A DNA stretch of 64,000 nt from Pirellulales bacterium (lineage in GTDB: Bacteria > Planctomycetota > Planctomycetia > Pirellulales > JAICIG01). Positions 63,823 to 64,000 of this stretch are shown here, piece by piece; within the stretch, counting starts at the first letter, position 1, and each line of letters begins with the position of its first letter. A program made the position numbers and the translations under genes. The stretch lies in contig JBBDYJ010000026.1 of NCBI GenBank assembly GCA_040901675.1, forward strand, positions 1-64,000, given 5' to 3'. Under the pieces are notes generated by a model. The model saw only the letters and a list, made by a program, of their open reading frames with translations. It was not told the DNA's origin and made no database searches.

Positions 63823-64000
63823 ATGCGGATTGTCCTGTTCGCTTTTGCCATGGGGATCTGCCTGCCGGCGCCGGCCCGCGCCGACGAGTTCTTCCGCGAC
63901 CAGGTGGCGCCGATCCTTGAGCGGCGCTGCCTGGCCTGCCATGGCGCTGAGGAACCCAAGGGAGGCCTGTCGCTCGCCGATGGCCGCCGGGCGCTGGCCG
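63823..64000 (+). CDS. planctomycete cytochrome c domain protein, 5' part (runs off window)
   Basis: MRIVLFAFAMG.. signal, FFRDQVAPILERRCLACHG..KGGLSL. Confidence 0.8.
   Translation, partial: MRIVLFAFAMGICLPAPARADEFFRDQVAPILERRCLACHGAEEPKGGLSLADGRRALA

Overview
GC-rich bacterial chromosomal window, very likely Planctomycetota (Pirellulales-like). This is inferred from DUF1559 prepilin-like genes, DUF1553/DUF1501 pairs, planctomycete cytochrome c domains and a PVC-type CxxCH protein. About 47 CDS. The first ~40 kb hold housekeeping and catabolic genes (ispG, trmL, GH88, Ldh_2, amidohydrolases, two enolase-superfamily genes with a creatininase, SDR, esterase, cnoX-like). Their intergenic gaps carry several palindromic REP/REPIN-like families, heptamer tandem arrays (some as inverted pairs) and three toxin-antitoxin modules whose toxins are all destroyed. 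The ~40-64 kb stretch is an envelope/surface-protein region with two main parts. (i) A coupled operon: Cys-motif membrane protein, NosL-like protein, two FG-GAP/ASPIC-UnbV paralogs, a small Cys protein and a LolCDE/MacB-type ABC transporter, with no nosZ. (ii) Two DUF1559 genes with an apparently identical ~1.05 kb body but different leaders, next to a heptaheme cytochrome-TPR gene and a lipoprotein-TPR-CRTAC1-CRTAC1-TPR-membrane cluster. No rRNA, tRNA, CRISPR array, transposase, integrase or reverse transcriptase was recognised. All calls come from motif recognition by eye; no searches were run.
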